DNA of 64,000 bases from Pavona decussata. Lineage: Eukaryota. The stretch covers positions 5,952,001-6,016,000 of the forward strand of contig CDRNST010000020.1 of assembly GCA_977016875.1 (NCBI GenBank), in the 5' to 3' direction. This document shows, in pieces, positions 24,801 through 37,079 of this stretch. Every line of letters starts with the position of its first letter. The first letter of the stretch is position 1. The notes beneath the pieces are model-generated. The model saw only the letters and a program-made list of their open reading frames with translations, had not been told where the DNA came from and searched no databases. A program made the translations under genes and the position numbers.

Positions 24801-25710
24801 TCATTTTGATCATTTCCCAAAGAAGAAAGGTGTTAACTGAATTATCGTCTGTATATTCTTCCTTTGTCTGCTCGATAGTTTGTTTAATTATGTCAATATA
24901 GCCAGCGTCACTTAATAACGATACATTTAGCTTCCAAAAACCACGACCCCTTGGATTTGTATGCAATGATATGTTCAGTGTTATCAAGGAGTGATCTGTT
25001 TTAAAACCTGGTATGATATCGGCTGAGACAACATTACCCATGAGGTTTTGGGAGACCAGGAAAAAATCTAGTCTGCAATGAACTTCTGGTTGCTTTCGGC
25101 GCCAAGTGTATCTGCTAGTATCTGGATTCAAAAGTCTCCAAGCGTTAACAAGATCAAATTGTTCGGCAATCTCGCACACGGTTTTTCTTGCCTTGTTATG
25201 CGTTCTGGGGAGGCCACCTTTCTTATCTTTCTCTACGTTTAAAACAAGATTAAAATCACCTCCAATTACAACTTCGTCCTTTTGAAAGTCTTCAATGTGT
25301 TCAGCAACAGTTTTAAAGAAATCTGGATCATCTTCATTTGGGGCGTAAACATTTACCAGGGTTACGAGTTTTCCATTTGCCATTAAATCGCATATTATAT
25401 AACGTCCTGCAGGATCAATATAATTTTTCATGATTTGAAGTTCGAAATTGTTGTTGAATAGGATGCCTCTACCTACTTTAGTACTTGACGTGGTGCTAAA
25501 AAGGCATTTGTAGCCCCATTCTGTGGCCCATAGATCTTTTGTTTTTTCAGAACAGTGGATTTCTTGTAGCAAATAGATGGAAAACTGTTTGGAACGCAAC
25601 CAGCTGAAGGTTTCTCTTCTTTTTGTATCATTCCCAAGGCCCCGCACGTTAAGAGAAGCTATTGTAATAACATTCTTTTCCGTTTTGAAAGCAAGTGATA
25701 AAAGCGACAT
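21892..25710 (-). CDS. L1 ORF2p: APE endonuclease + reverse transcriptase + CCHC finger (1272 aa, open)
   Basis: NVRGL, LLQE, VYAPN, GDFN, RLDFF, TDHS; GVRQGCPLSP, QYADD; CSFC...HLFWYC. Confidence 0.97.
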   Translation of the reverse strand: MSLLSLAFKTEKNVITIASLNVRGLGNDTKRRETFSWLRSKQFSIYLLQEIHCSEKTKDLWATEWGYKCLFSTTSSTKVGRGILFNNNFELQIMKNYIDPAGRYIICDLMANGKLVTLVNVYAPNEDDPDFFKTVAEHIEDFQKDEVVIGGDFNLVLNVEKDKKGGLPRTHNKARKTVCEIAEQFDLVNAWRLLNPDTSRYTWRRKQPEVHCRLDFFLVSQNLMGNVVSADIIPGFKTDHSLITLNISLHTNPRGRGFWKLNVSLLSDAGYIDIIKQTIEQTKEEYTDDNSVNTFLLWEMIKMKVREKSVSYAIGKKRKENDREHILEEKIATLEKELDLPSITTQYKNILIEKLELYRKELEEFVRWRTQGAILRCKARWYNEGEKNSKYFLNLEKRHYKLNTTSQLQINENEFITSETGILEECETLYKTLYTSQGNTIPPDREFFQLENDTHLDYHEAASCEGFLTEEECLEALKDMDSEKTPGTDGLPAEFYKTFWDELASSLISAFNYAYDQGTLSVSQRRGIIKLIPKKDADPHFIKNWRPLTLLNCDLKIATKAIANRIKKVIPKLVNNDQTGFLKGRFIGENIRLIDSIINYAAEQHIPGLLLFIDFEKAFDSLEWAFVDRTLEYFGFGPSLISWIRTFYNNIESYVLNNGWSSKFFKLQRGVRQGCPLSPYLFILSVEVLGKAIRANTNIKGITVNKTEIKLSQYADDTTLILNGNKDSLSTALDTINSFGKSSGLKLNDKKTEALWIGSRKGKKEKLSPKKNFKWPEIKTKVLGVWISTDPAVTLNMNYTEKVDKIRNILSCWEYRRLTLIGKIQVIKSLVLSQLTYILTPLATNQSFINEINDIFYRFLWNNKGDKIKRTVLINDYENGGLKMVDLSSFNKSLKTTWIGKYLDTLNQAKWKEIVFLELEKHGGSFIFKGNLNKTDSLKTFPVKNNFTTELLEIWSEVNFEGLIKTKQQFLEQPLWHNSLIRIDNKPIYEKELFLRGILKVKDLMKEPCKFLCFKDFIELYKIQINPLKFCGLISALKCLYNKNFPNESSTDVSVKPDSFLNSFLESSKGNRIVYKKLVSLNSYAPEKSQLKWNTIVSQEGCKADWKAAYTLASKGTKSSTLINFQYRLLHRILPTNFFLTKIGIKQDPQCSFCSKAPENIIHLFWYCPKVSFFWRVLTVKLLECELIPHDYLKDIAIFLGLKPDTTKFALQLNFCFLIARHYIWRCKTSNKVPQLNMFLAVLKSQFKIESYKQAPTSKKWDPLMPLFNNYC

Positions 25711-26093
25711 TCCTCAGCACTGCTCTTTTGTTAAAATGTGAAAGTGTTGTCTCTGTTGGTTGGTAATTTGAATACTGCTTTGGTTGAAATGTAAAATAGG
25801 TTATGTTCATTTATCGATAATTTTCATGAGTGAAGTTTTGATGACAAGAATAAAAGAAAGATAAGGTTACATTTAAAATAAAGGGAAAAAAAGGTAAACA
25901 CATACAAAAACGAGCGACTGAAAGCGACACAAAAACAAAGAAAACCTTTTTAAAAAAACTCATCGGTCTTCGGTCTTAATGTCTTGAAAGCACAAAACAA
26001 GGCTCTGCAATCACTGAAAGAAGAAGATTTGCTCGCCAGGCCACCTAATAGGACAATGTTATAGTACAGATACAATGTTGCAACACAGTTATC

Positions 26094-27033
26094 TTACTCA
26101 TTTGCTTGATCACTTGTTTCTAGCAGTTTTCCATAGGGCCAGAATTTGCCATTTATAAAAAGCTTGTCAGGTTGACTCTTACTAAAAGAAACCCTCATAC
26201 CGTTTCTCTGTGCTTTCTTGAATGTTGGCATCTGCTCTCTTCTGCGTTTGATTATTTCTTGTGGAAGATCCTGGAACATCTGGTATTCGGTCCCTTTAAG
26301 GCGCCTTCCCAGCGAAAAAATATCCTCTACATCTTTATACCGAAGGAACCTAGCAATTATTGGCCGCGGACCAGAGTCGCTGCGTCTTCCAGGGAGTCGA
26401 TGTACACGTTGCATTTCAACTGTGCGGGCATTTCTGTGTTCAAGGTTGTCTTCCATGAAGTTTCTTAACGTTTCCCCGGTGTTCTCATCATCTTCCTCGG
26501 GGATGGAAAAAAATTTGATATTTTCTCGTCTGGAATATGCTTCAAGATAGAGGTTTTTAAACCTGAGTTCGTTCATTTGATCGCGAAGCATCTTTTCGCT
26601 TTCCAACAGCGAGTTTATTTTTGTGTTATTTTCATCCATCCGATCCTGAATTTCTTTGCAGCTGTCGCCATTAAAGATGCATGATTGTTTCAAGTCCTTT
26701 ATATCCTTTGCTGCCGTTATTTCAAATTGCTCAAGTTTAGCTGTTCGAGCTTTAAGATTTGCTAGATTGGCTTCGATGCTTTTAACTGAATTCTCGATAG
26801 TGTCGAGCTTGTTTAGCCTTTCCAATATTGACTTCAGTTGTTCAGAGATAGATTCAATCTTATTTAAAGCCTCCATCACTTCTTCGCTCGACTCATGCTG
26901 CTTCGCTGCCAAGGTCGCCGATTTTGGTGTCCTTTAGTTTTTTCGCGTCAGGGGAAATTGAGATTTTCTCGTCGGAGCTTGTTGAGGATCTGTTTCTGCG
27001 TTTTCTGATGAAGCCAGATACAATTTCAGCCAT
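26094..27033 (-). CDS. L1 ORF1p; N-terminus offset by an apparent frameshift near 26900
   Basis: LEAYSRRENIKFFSIPE, RVHRL, RPIIARFL, FQDLP; the upstream basic Ser-rich leader MAEIVSGFIRKRRNRSSTSS is in another frame. Confidence 0.85.
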
Positions 27034-30000
27034 GTGTTGCGCAAATGATTTGTGGAAAAGGCGGCCGGCTATCGAAGCAATGCTCACGCCGCCATCACTT
27101 GACCGAGCAATGTTAAAGACTCAATATTTTTGGTTTAACAGACATGGAGAACACTAAGATGAAGTGGTAGTCATGATATAAAGCCCTGTGTGACATTTAA
27201 TAAACTGTTAGAATTTCAGCAGGAATTTGATATTAGGTCATAAGTCACTTGGAGCCTTATTCCACACCATTCTTCCTTTTGCACTTCTGGCTTTTAGATT
27301 CTCTTGCTGTAAATTTACATGTGCCATATGCTGTGAACAAGGGCCTGCAATTTTCACATTATCTCATTTTTTACACAAGGTGTTACATGTATGTTCTTCT
27401 TTATGGAAGGGGCATTTAGAGAACACTTTTGAAATTATTGCTAGTATTTCACTGATTTAACTAAGGATTTTAACTCTTGTTCAGGCAACTACCTGCAACA
27501 ATGCTGGGTCTGACCTGGACAGTTCTGACTCCTGCACCTCCTGTAGTGATGATACAAGTGATACCGAGAGCCTTGTTGGTGACGAAGATCCTGATATGTG
27601 GAGTGACATACCAGAAGATCATCTCCTTCAAGATATTACAAATGATGAACCGCTTCCAAAGCCTAAGCAACATTAGTCACCTGTACAGGCAGTTACAGTA
27701 ATACTTCAGTGGTTGGTTTATTTTCTGTTATTCTGGCAACTTGGCCTGAAGATTATTATTCAAGCAACTTGCAAGATTAGCGACAATGGTCTGGAATGGT
27801 TGTTGCGCTTTATGTTTCAGTTTCTTCACATGGCAGGTATAAGCTGCAACAATGATTACATCCGTCAAATGGCCTTTATGTTCCCAAGTTCATTGTATCT
27901 TCTAAGGAAATTTATCATGTTTAAACGTGATAACTTTGTTAAGATGGCTGTTTGTTCAAAATGTGCATCACTCTACAACCTTGAAAACTGCACAAGAAAA
28001 GTAGGGGGACAGATTGTCTCAAACATTTGTTCCAACAAACCTTTCAAGAAAGGTAAAGAATGTGGAGTATCATTGGCAAAGAAAGTCATCCTGAGCTCTG
28101 GAAAAGTGTGTTTTTATCCACATAAACTCTACTGTTTTAACAGTGTAATTGATCAGGTTGAAGGATTGTTGAAAAGGCCAGGAGTTCCAGAAATGTGTGA
28201 ACAGTGGCGAGAACGTGAAGTGAAAGAGGACATTTTTGCAGATTTCTATGATGGTGGCATCTGGAAAGATTTTCTTAAATACAAGGGAGAAGTTTTCTTG
28301 GCTGTACCCAGAAACCTTGCCTTTGCAATTAATGTTGATTGGTTTCAACCTTTTAAGAGGAGAAAAGATAGATCCGTGGGAGTCATTTATTTAGTTCTTC
28401 TCAACCTACCCAGGGAGCAACGGTTCAGGTGGGAGAACATCATAGTTGCAGGCATCATACCCGAAATGAGCAAGGAACCTAAATCACTCAATTCATTTTT
28501 GGTACCAATTTTTGTAGATGAATTACAGGCATTGTGGAAAGGTGTCGAACTTTCAACCAGTTTAAGCAATACCCCTCTTACATACCGTGGTGCACTTCTT
28601 TCAGCGGCAGCAGACCTCCCTGCTATACCAAAGCTAGGTGGTTTCAAAGGATATGCGGCACATCGGGGCTGTTCAAAGTGTTTCAAGTACTTTCCTGGAA
28701 GGTTTAAAGACAAGACAGACTATTCTGGTTTTGACAGGGATACTTGGCCCTCAAGACATATTAGCAGTCATAGAATGCATGCAGAAATGGTACGAAAAGC
28801 TTCAACTCAAACACAGCGAGAGCGTCTAGCCACAAAGTATGAAGTTTATTACAGTTCTTTATTACAACTTGAGTACTTTGATGCAGTGAAATTTACAGCT
28901 ATTGATCCCATGCATAATCTGTTTCTGGGAACAGCAAAGCATGTGTTCAAACTATGGACTAAGAAAAACTTGTTAACAAAGAAAGATCTCAAGGTGCTAG
29001 AAGAGCGTATCCACTCCTTTGATGTTGGAACTGGTTTTGGTCGTCTTCCCCATCGTATTGCCTCTAACTATGGTGGTTATACTGCTTCACAATGGAAGAA
29101 CTGGACACTTGTGTATTCAATGTATTGTCTGCAAGGTCTACTTCCTGTATCCATTTGAGATGCTGGCAAACATTTGTCTTTGCTTACCAGTATTTATCTT
29201 CACCAGTTGTTTCTAAGGTTGACATTCTGAAGGCTGATAGGCTGTTTGTAAAGTTTGGGGAACGATTTGAAAGTTTGTAAGACACCAAACATGCACCTTC
29301 ATTGTCACTTGAAAGAATGCATTACTGATTGTGGACCAGTTCATGCATTCTGGTGCTTCAGCTTTGAGCGTTTTAATGGAATTCTGGGATCAATGCAGGT
29401 GAATGGAAGGTCAGTTGAGGTACAGTTAATGAGAAAACTTCTGGCTGGACGATTTGTCTGGGATGCTAAATTTCCTACCGAGTTCAAAGATACCTTTATG
29501 CCTCTTTTTACCCAGGAAAGGAGTGACACTGCTGAAAGTTTAATTGTGGAAAATGCTACTGCACTATTTAATAGTGCATGTTGCTTGAAGTTAGGAGACT
29601 TTCAGTGGAGTGATCTTACGCATGTTACTCTTCCTAGATTATTCAAGCACTTTGCTTTGGATCTTGATGAGCTAAGGGTGCTTCTTCACTGCTACAAAAC
29701 GTTGTATCCTCATGAAACAATTGAACTGCCCTTTTTGTCCAGGGTTGCTAGGAAGTATTCAAACATCATGCTTGGCACTTGAAAAGTTTGGTTCAAAGAT
29801 GGACTGTCGTAATCGGCGCTCAGCTCGAATAATGGCTTCTTGGGCTGCCTCTGATCGCTTGAATGATATTTCTACAGTTAGAAGACCGGGAATAGTAACC
29901 TTCTATATTGTGCACAGTGTAAAGATTAATGAAAAATTTGTTCAGCATGTGTTTGCTGTTGTTTGGTGGAATAAAGGTGATAAAGACCAAGATTTCTTTG

Positions 30001-31827
30001 GAAAACCTGTCCAGGTTTGGAAGTTTGATGAATATGAACCCTGTGGACCTGCTCTTTTTATGCCTGTGCAACGAATTGCACAAAAGTATGCTTGCTGTTC
30101 AGTGACACTACATGGACACACTAAATTAGTAACCAGTCCACTTCCTAGATTGTTTCATTAAGTTTGTGTTGCAGCAGAAGACCTATTGAGTTTAAAGGGG
30201 CTATGCCATGGTGATTGTTACATTTTTGAGCTCAAATAAGAACAAAGGATCTCTTAGTATTATTGCTTAAAACCAAAATTCCCCTAGTTCAAGATATCAG
30301 CTAAGCTATTTTCTCAAAAGGGGAAGATGACCCTGATCTGTATTTGGCTATCTTTACCCAGTACAGGAGAATTTCAAAAAGTTGGCCTCCTTGAAAGCGG
30401 GCGGGTGTCACAAAAATCTGGGACGGCTCTTGGTGAAGAGGGGCATGCTGTACATTTCTTGGTTTGGGGCTTGATTTGGAGCTTGTTGAGTAGAAACAGA
30501 AAGTTCATCCGATGTCACAGCACCAGTTGCTCCAGCGATTGGCCTTGCTGGATTTGATAGACCTTGCAGTTGCTGGTTTTTTTTTTTTTTAGTTCCTTGC
30601 ATTTCCCGGCTATGGACCTGGCAACCAGCCCTCCAGAGGGTGGAAACTCAAAGCTGCCAAACAGCGATATGTCCTTCAGGGTGCCAAGTTTCTCTGGTGC
30701 CTTTTGCCTCTTGATCATCAGTTTCCGGCAGGTGACACTCTTCATTGACTACACAAACAGAAAGCAAATTAAATTGAAGGGGAATTTGAAGGCGACATTA
30801 TCTTAAAATTTTCATGATAGGGTAATAAAAAGGCAGTCAACTCCAACGTCTTTGTTGCACTTAAAATACGCTTACTTTGTTCTGTTTATTACAACCATCT
30901 AGGGGAGGGAAAGAAAAAGAAAAGAGCCACAATGATATAAGTGACAGTACCGTACTACACGTATTTCAATGTCATTGATTTCTTCATATATAATCATGTA
31001 TACCCTATGTGATATTCCCTTATATGGTCATGAACATGTGCTCTCAGACAGAAGAGATGCCATGTTGGATTCTATGTAGAATGAAGTTGTTGTATTCATT
31101 TTTGTCCTGTAAATTAAAAAATTAAAAAAACAACAATATGCTAGTCCCTTTTTGTAATCAACCACTGATAAAGAGCCTGAGATCTCAGAACATAAAGTAA
31201 CATAAAACACTGGTAATCATAGTATAAATCATGATGTTATGCTACATCATGAACACAATTTAAACAATAACAGCAAACTATTCAAGATAAGAACAGGGAT
31301 TTTTCTATTTTTCTGATTTGACCTTGACTCCTTTACTCATACACAAAATGCTTCTATAAAATTCCAAAGGAAAACAAAAAATGGCCAATGCTTTCAAGTT
31401 ACAATCAGTGCAGTGAATAGTCTGTGTTAACAAAACCAGACCACTCTTTGTTGGTTTCCATTGATATGAAGTAAAACTTGCTGCATTTGACAGTGATAAA
31501 GTAGCGTGATAGTGCCCCTTGAAAATTTGTAAAATACAATTGATAAATCATTGTTTCTAGTTGCAACATAAGTAAAAGTGGCAACATATGCAGACGCAGT
31601 AATGTGCTTTTCATTAGATGCTTTCATTCCTAACAAAGGAACAAATGATCCACATGTTACTGCTTATCCATATGTTGCTAAGTGTCTCTAGTGTGAACCA
31701 TGCCTAAAGTTTGCTCAATAGCAGCTGACTCGTCCCCAGTCGTCTCTCTTGTCACGCGTGACGGGGAGCGTAAAGGGTGATGGGAAGGCGGAAAGGAGAG
31801 AGACGACTGGCAGAACCTGTTTTCAAG

Positions 31828-34572
31828 ATGGCGGACAGAATAATGGCGGACGGAGGGGGAATTTCTAATTTTGAAAATAGACCCTTCCATCATGCTTATT
31901 TGGATCGGAAGTTACCCTGCCCTCATATATCTTGCAGAAATGAGGCCGGTAAAGTGTTTTTCCAAGAGATAGGGCTCGCACAACATTTTAGAGTGAAACA
32001 CGCGGCCGTTTCCTTCGACGAAGAAAAATATAATCGAGAAGCGTGGCGGATGTTTAAGTTGTTTCATGGTGAAGAAACTAAGCGACACTTGGATTGGCTT
32101 TCCGCAGAATGCCTACTTCAGGTTTGTTTTTATATTACTTCTCTTGTATGTATGTATGTATTTTACGGTCTAGTTGGCAATGAATATTCATGGTGGAACT
32201 AGTTTTTGTTTATAATTTTCCCACGTCGCAGATTTTTGTTCAAAACTATACCCCTATTTCTTTTTTTTCCTTCAAATAGGGAAGTTGTTACGAACGTTTT
32301 ACTGTTGCGACTGCATATGAAGGTTGCCGAGTCCTTGAACTGGTGGCCAAATCTCCAAGAGAATGTGCCAAGCTAGCAGGCATCATGTTAATGCATTTCG
32401 GTCGACTGAACGCATATGGCAATGGTGCGCCAGAAGTAATCGAGGTCAACAAGCCAGGGCTGGCCGTCCACTTTAATGTCTGGTTCTCCAAACGATCTGT
32501 CAGTGGCAGTGGCAAGTTAATAACAATAGTGGTGCCAGAGGCTATTCTTATCAAACGGGTAGGCGATTCTGTTTCAGTGATACTTGAAATATTTATTTAC
32601 TAAAACAGTTGTCATCTCAGACCAAAATAGATGTCAGTCTTTTGCAAAAAAGGCACAACGTTTGACTTGTTTAGACCAATTAACTGCAGCCAGGGGAAAA
32701 AAGTCCCGCAGATAGGCCTGTTGTTTGCACATTTCTGGAACCGATCCAATAAGATCAAAAGATGGACCTGATATTTAGTTTTAGATATACCCAAGAATGG
32801 TTCCAGAAATGTCCCGTGAAAACACCTGGACCATTTGGATTTCTCCATGTAAATGTATCTTATGTAAATTTATCTTATCATGTAAATTTATCTTATCATT
32901 AATAAGGGTTGCTTTCCTGCAGGACCTTACAGTGGATTCACTACAGGACTGTACCATGCCAGTTGATATTCCAGGAATCGACATTGAACTCTCTGGAAAT
33001 AAGGCACTACACATACTAAGAGGAGTATTTCATTTACAACAATTCAGAGCAAGTCAGCAAGAGGCAATAGAAAGTATTTTAAATGACAAAAATACTGTGC
33101 TGATCATGCCAACAGGTGGTGGGAAAACCATTTGTTATGCCATTCCTGCCCTGATGAAACAGAAAATAACTGTTGTAATTTTTCCCCTGTTGGCACTGTT
33201 GCTTGATCAGGTCGAGCGGATGCGGTCGCAAGGACTCAATGTCTGCTATTTTATGTCTGACATGGATCCTACTGAGAAAGAGAATATCATGCACAAACTT
33301 AATTTGACCCCACCAGAGTACACTTTCTTGTTTCTAACTCCAGAAACTGTCTTGTCACCAACTGTGTTTGAATTAGTGCAAAAATTGTCTGCAAACAATC
33401 TTCTTAATTTTTTAGTTATTGATGAAGCCCATTGTATCGACACATGGGGTTTTCATTTCCGTCCCGCCTATGCAGAGTTATGGAAACTTGGAACTTTTGG
33501 TCGTCCTATTTTGGCAATGACTGGCACAGCAACGAGACGGACAGAGGATGTCATTTTACGCAATTTGAGATTGTCAACAGAAACCAAGGTGATTCGCCAG
33601 TCTGCAAATCGTGCAAATATATTGTATCATGTATTGAACAAAAAGTCAGATGGGAAAGTTGCACTTGTTGAACTCATAAAGAAAGAATATCCAGAGCAGT
33701 GTGGTATTGTCTACTGTGCTGAAAGGAGCGAGACTGTGGATGTTGCCTACTGTCTTCAAACAGTGGGAATCAATGCTGTCTTCTTTCATGCTGGCATGGA
33801 TGTCATTACCAAACAACAAACTGTTGAAAGATGGAAATCGGGAACTGCCCATGTCATGTGTGCTACAGTGGCATTTGGCATGGGTATCGACAAGCCAAAT
33901 GTTCGATTTGTTATCCACCACAGTGTGCCAAAGGATTTGGAGAGTTATGTACAGGAATCTGGAAGGGCTGGTCGGGATGGCAATGATGCACATTCGTACA
34001 TCCTTTTTCGGTTTGAGGACAGAACAAAACATTTGAGGAACATTTCGTCTCTTCCCAACAGTGACCGCAAAATCATTTGTCTAGATGGGCTTAATGATGT
34101 GGTTAAATACTGTATAACCCCTGTTTGCAGAAGGCAACAAATAGTGACCTACTTTGATGGTAGTGATATCTCTGGCAACCCATGCAACAAGTCATGCGAT
34201 GTCTGTTCTGCAAACAAACATTTTGCCTCTGTGGACCACAGTGAAGATGCAATTGAGGTTATAAATTGCCTTGAATCAATGCAGCAACTTCATGAGAAAG
34301 TCACAACAAAGTTTTTGGTGCTAACCCTTCGAGGGTCAAAGGCAAACACTGTAACTAGTAAGGGATTTCAAAATGTAAGAGAGTATGGGGAGGGAAAAAC
34401 TAAATTTAGCGAGAAGGAATTACTGAAATTCATACAATACTTAATCACTGAAAGTATTTTACATGAACAGCTGCGCCCTGTAAATGAGAACAGTACCACG
34501 CCTTATCTTGTGAAAGGAACCAATGCTAACAAACTCATCAGCAAAGAAATCAGGTTTTCTTTCTATAAATAA
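31828..34572 (+). CDS. Transposon-borne RecQ-family helicase with N-terminal C2H2-like finger (3 exons, ~740 aa, intact)
   Basis: Exons 31828-32121, 32280-32558, 32923-34572, all GT-AG and phase 0. CPHISC...HFRVKH; MPTGGGKT, DEAHC, WGFHFRPAY, ATVAFGMGIDK, QESGRAGRDG, CRR...CNKSCDVC, then an RQC winged-helix-like region. Confidence 0.93.
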
Positions 34573-34753
34573 TTACGTGTTTTAATAGTGAAATTTTGTC
34601 TTGAGGCTTAGCGAAAAATGATAATGACATAAGATACATTGTAATTTGTATTCTAATTTCGTTTGTTGTTTTTGTTAAAGCCTGAGAGCCACGTTAAAAT
34701 GTACATATTTATTTCATTAGCAAGTAGGCACCTTTTGTGCCAGCTGGCATAAT

Positions 34754-34924
34754 AGGCCATTTCCGAGTTGTTTTGAAACTCATTATTAAAGTGAGGCTTC
34801 GTGCATAGTTTTTGTTAAGAAAATTAGTTTTCATTCATATGCAAACAATACTAATTTTCTTAACAAAAACTATGCACGAAGCCTCGCTTTAATAATGAGG
34901 TTCAAAGCAACTCGGAAATGGCCC
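34754..34924. mobile_element. Palindromic MITE with AT TSD, inside AcademH
   Basis: AT|AGGCCATTTCCGAGTTG ... CAACTCGGAAATGGCCC|AT, nearly a full hairpin. Confidence 0.85.
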
Positions 34925-36964
34925 ATTGAATGTGTGAATTAACTAGATACAATATACTTGCTTCACAGGCTTTGACTCAAGTGAGTGTGTACAGTTTCCT
35001 CCCATCACTTCTAATGCGAAAATATTTGATTTTTAGTAACGTACCCCGTCCAAAGAACGCTTGTTATGCTAATTTACCAAATGTTAATGTTGTTGCTGTG
35101 TGTACATTTCTTGAGAGGAATGGTCATTCTATGTATCTGGGCTTGAGACCAGCTGGAAATATGATTTTCCAGGCGGATTTAAAAACTGCCAGGGGTGTCC
35201 TTGCAATTGACCACTGTGGTCGAGATATGAGCTCTCTCCGCAGAGAAACCAGAGCCTTACTTCATTCTCACTGACTCGACCTTGAGACCTTGAGACCTCT
35301 CATCCCGCAGGATTACCACACTAATTTCTCACACCCCTTCTTCCACATCCTCATCCAGTTCATGGTTGCTTGGGTTTTCACCCTCTGGGAGAACATGAAA
35401 AGTGCTATACAACTTGCGCCCAAAGTTTTCAGTCACTTTGCTTTTGCCCTTCTTGTACACGTCTACCAGTGTGTTGGAAACCTTGCCATTTTCTTCACCC
35501 TTGTTTGAGAGCTTTGGAATGAAGTCTTGATCTCCAGGAGGATCTAAGAACTTCTGTTTGAGGCAGAACCACATTCCCTGCAGTTGATCTGGAAAAGGGT
35601 CTTGCTCACTGTGGTGAGTAGTGGGATGAACATTGAAAGCCTCGTGCCCTCCAAATGCATTTCGTACTGCTCCAAGGCAATCCAAGTTGACTGCAAGTAG
35701 CTTGAGAACTTCCACACTTGAATGTCCTAACAATAACATGAAGGAAAAGTTGAATCTATTCTTCTCTGGGGGGGGGGGGGGGGGGGCATAAGAGAGCATT
35801 ATTATTTTTTGGAAAAGAGGGTGAGGAATCTGGCTCTGTCTAATTTTCCATGTGATCACAAAGCTCCTGCTTCAAGATGATATTCATGTCACCTGCATCT
35901 TGTGACAAAGACTTCAATAGGAGACCAGTCTTCAGGGCCAATTAAAAATAAGAATGTGTAACTTACCTGATGCATAATTCTTCAGTGGTTGCACCAAGTA
36001 CGCCTCCACCCATTCATCAAGTGCAATGTTGTGACCGTCCTTCCCTTTCACATTAACAGAACAGTTGTGCTGCAACACCTTCCGGGTCACACTAGGCCAG
36101 GCTGCGATAAAATTTACAACATGGACAAAAGCTTCTGTCCAATAATTGCGTTTCTGCAGCTGAGCAAACAGTGGTAGCATTACCATCCAAACAGCTTCAC
36201 GACCAACACCATCGCCAAACTTCACACTGGACAGGTACAATTCTCTTAAGGGACCAAAGAGGGTAAATAGCTGGCTATGGTAACGGAACTGGACTTTTCT
36301 GCTCTCAGATTCTAACCATTCCTTGAAAGAACTCAACAACAGTTCATGATGGTTTTCATTAGTTTTGTCATGAGCAGCAAGTGAGGCCTCGGATGGAAAC
36401 AATTCACTCTCTTTAAAGGTCTGCACTGCAGCCAGTCCATAGGCCATTGCCACATCCCGTACTGCTTCGTCTATTCTGTTGAGGTTCTGGTGCTGAAATT
36501 TCTTGTCTCCAAATGCATCATCTGTTACCTTGTCTCGCTTCATCACAGTCTGTGCGACACACATGAATCCCCCAGGCCCCATAGTTTTCTTGCACACCTC
36601 ATAAAGGTAACCTTAGAAATAAAAGAGGAAAACGTCTTAAATTTGAATGGTTCTTGCAGCTGGACAAGTCTCCTATTCTTTACCATTTCAATTTGATATT
36701 TTGGATTAGCAATGCACAGTATGAAAATTAATCCTTTCTGGCTTGCTATATCAGTGGATAATGCCCTTGGCTGAGACTGATGGTCCTTACGATTTGACAT
36801 TTGCCCTTAAAGCTTCACATTTTTTGGACCACCACATCGCGGGTATTGTCAATATACAAGCCGCCTGAAGGAATTACTGTCTTCGCTAAATACCCAGCTT
36901 TCACTTGTGGAATAAATGTCAATCATCATACAACTGTAGCCAACCTACAGAAACCATTTTTATA

Positions 36965-37079
36965 CTGACCCTTCCTAAGTCATCTCTCTTGTTGGGAAAT
37001 GCAAAGCGCGAAGGGTGATGGGAAGGAAGAAAGCGTGATACGTCATGCGAGAAAAGAGAGACGACTGGGGCCGAGTCAG
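36965..37079. mobile_element. 115-bp MITE of the AcademH family, in a transposase intron
   Basis: Ends are decayed copies of the host TIR; subterminal motif GCGCGAAGGGTGATGGGAAGG; flanks ATTTTTATA / GTTTTTATG (7/9). Confidence 0.8.

Larger units (their letters stand above)
21494..27104 (-). mobile_element. Full-length L1/Tx1-clade LINE
   Basis: 10-bp TSD GAGCAATGTT (21484-21493, 27105-27114), A-rich tail, ORF1 and ORF2, 5' end GGTCAAGTGATGGCGGCG. Confidence 0.96.
19637..30161 (+). pseudogene. CACTA/EnSpm (Transposase_21 + DUF4218-type) transposase, spliced, with stops and frameshifts
   Basis: Phase-compatible exons 19637-19913 (CSHC...HRR), 21315-21406 and 27485-30161. Motifs NVDWFQPF, LLNLPREQRF, AADLPA, GCSKC, IDPMHNLFLG, PNMHLHCH, FWCFSFERFNGILG. 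Confidence 0.92.

Noticed and set aside
22754-26937. Plus-strand ORFs overlapping the L1 ORFs
   Set aside because: Antisense shadow ORFs with no independent features.
30192-30430. Left terminus of the Sola3-like element
   Set aside because: TTAAAGGGGCTATGCC does not match the sequence near 55640-55656; it looks like an unrelated Kolobok-type MITE end at a deletion junction.
32797-34572. RecQ ORF as a host RECQL/BLM/WRN gene starting at 32797
   Set aside because: It lies inside TIRs with a 9-bp TSD; the first ~42 codons are intronic (an 18-bp tandem repeat) and the exon starts at 32923.
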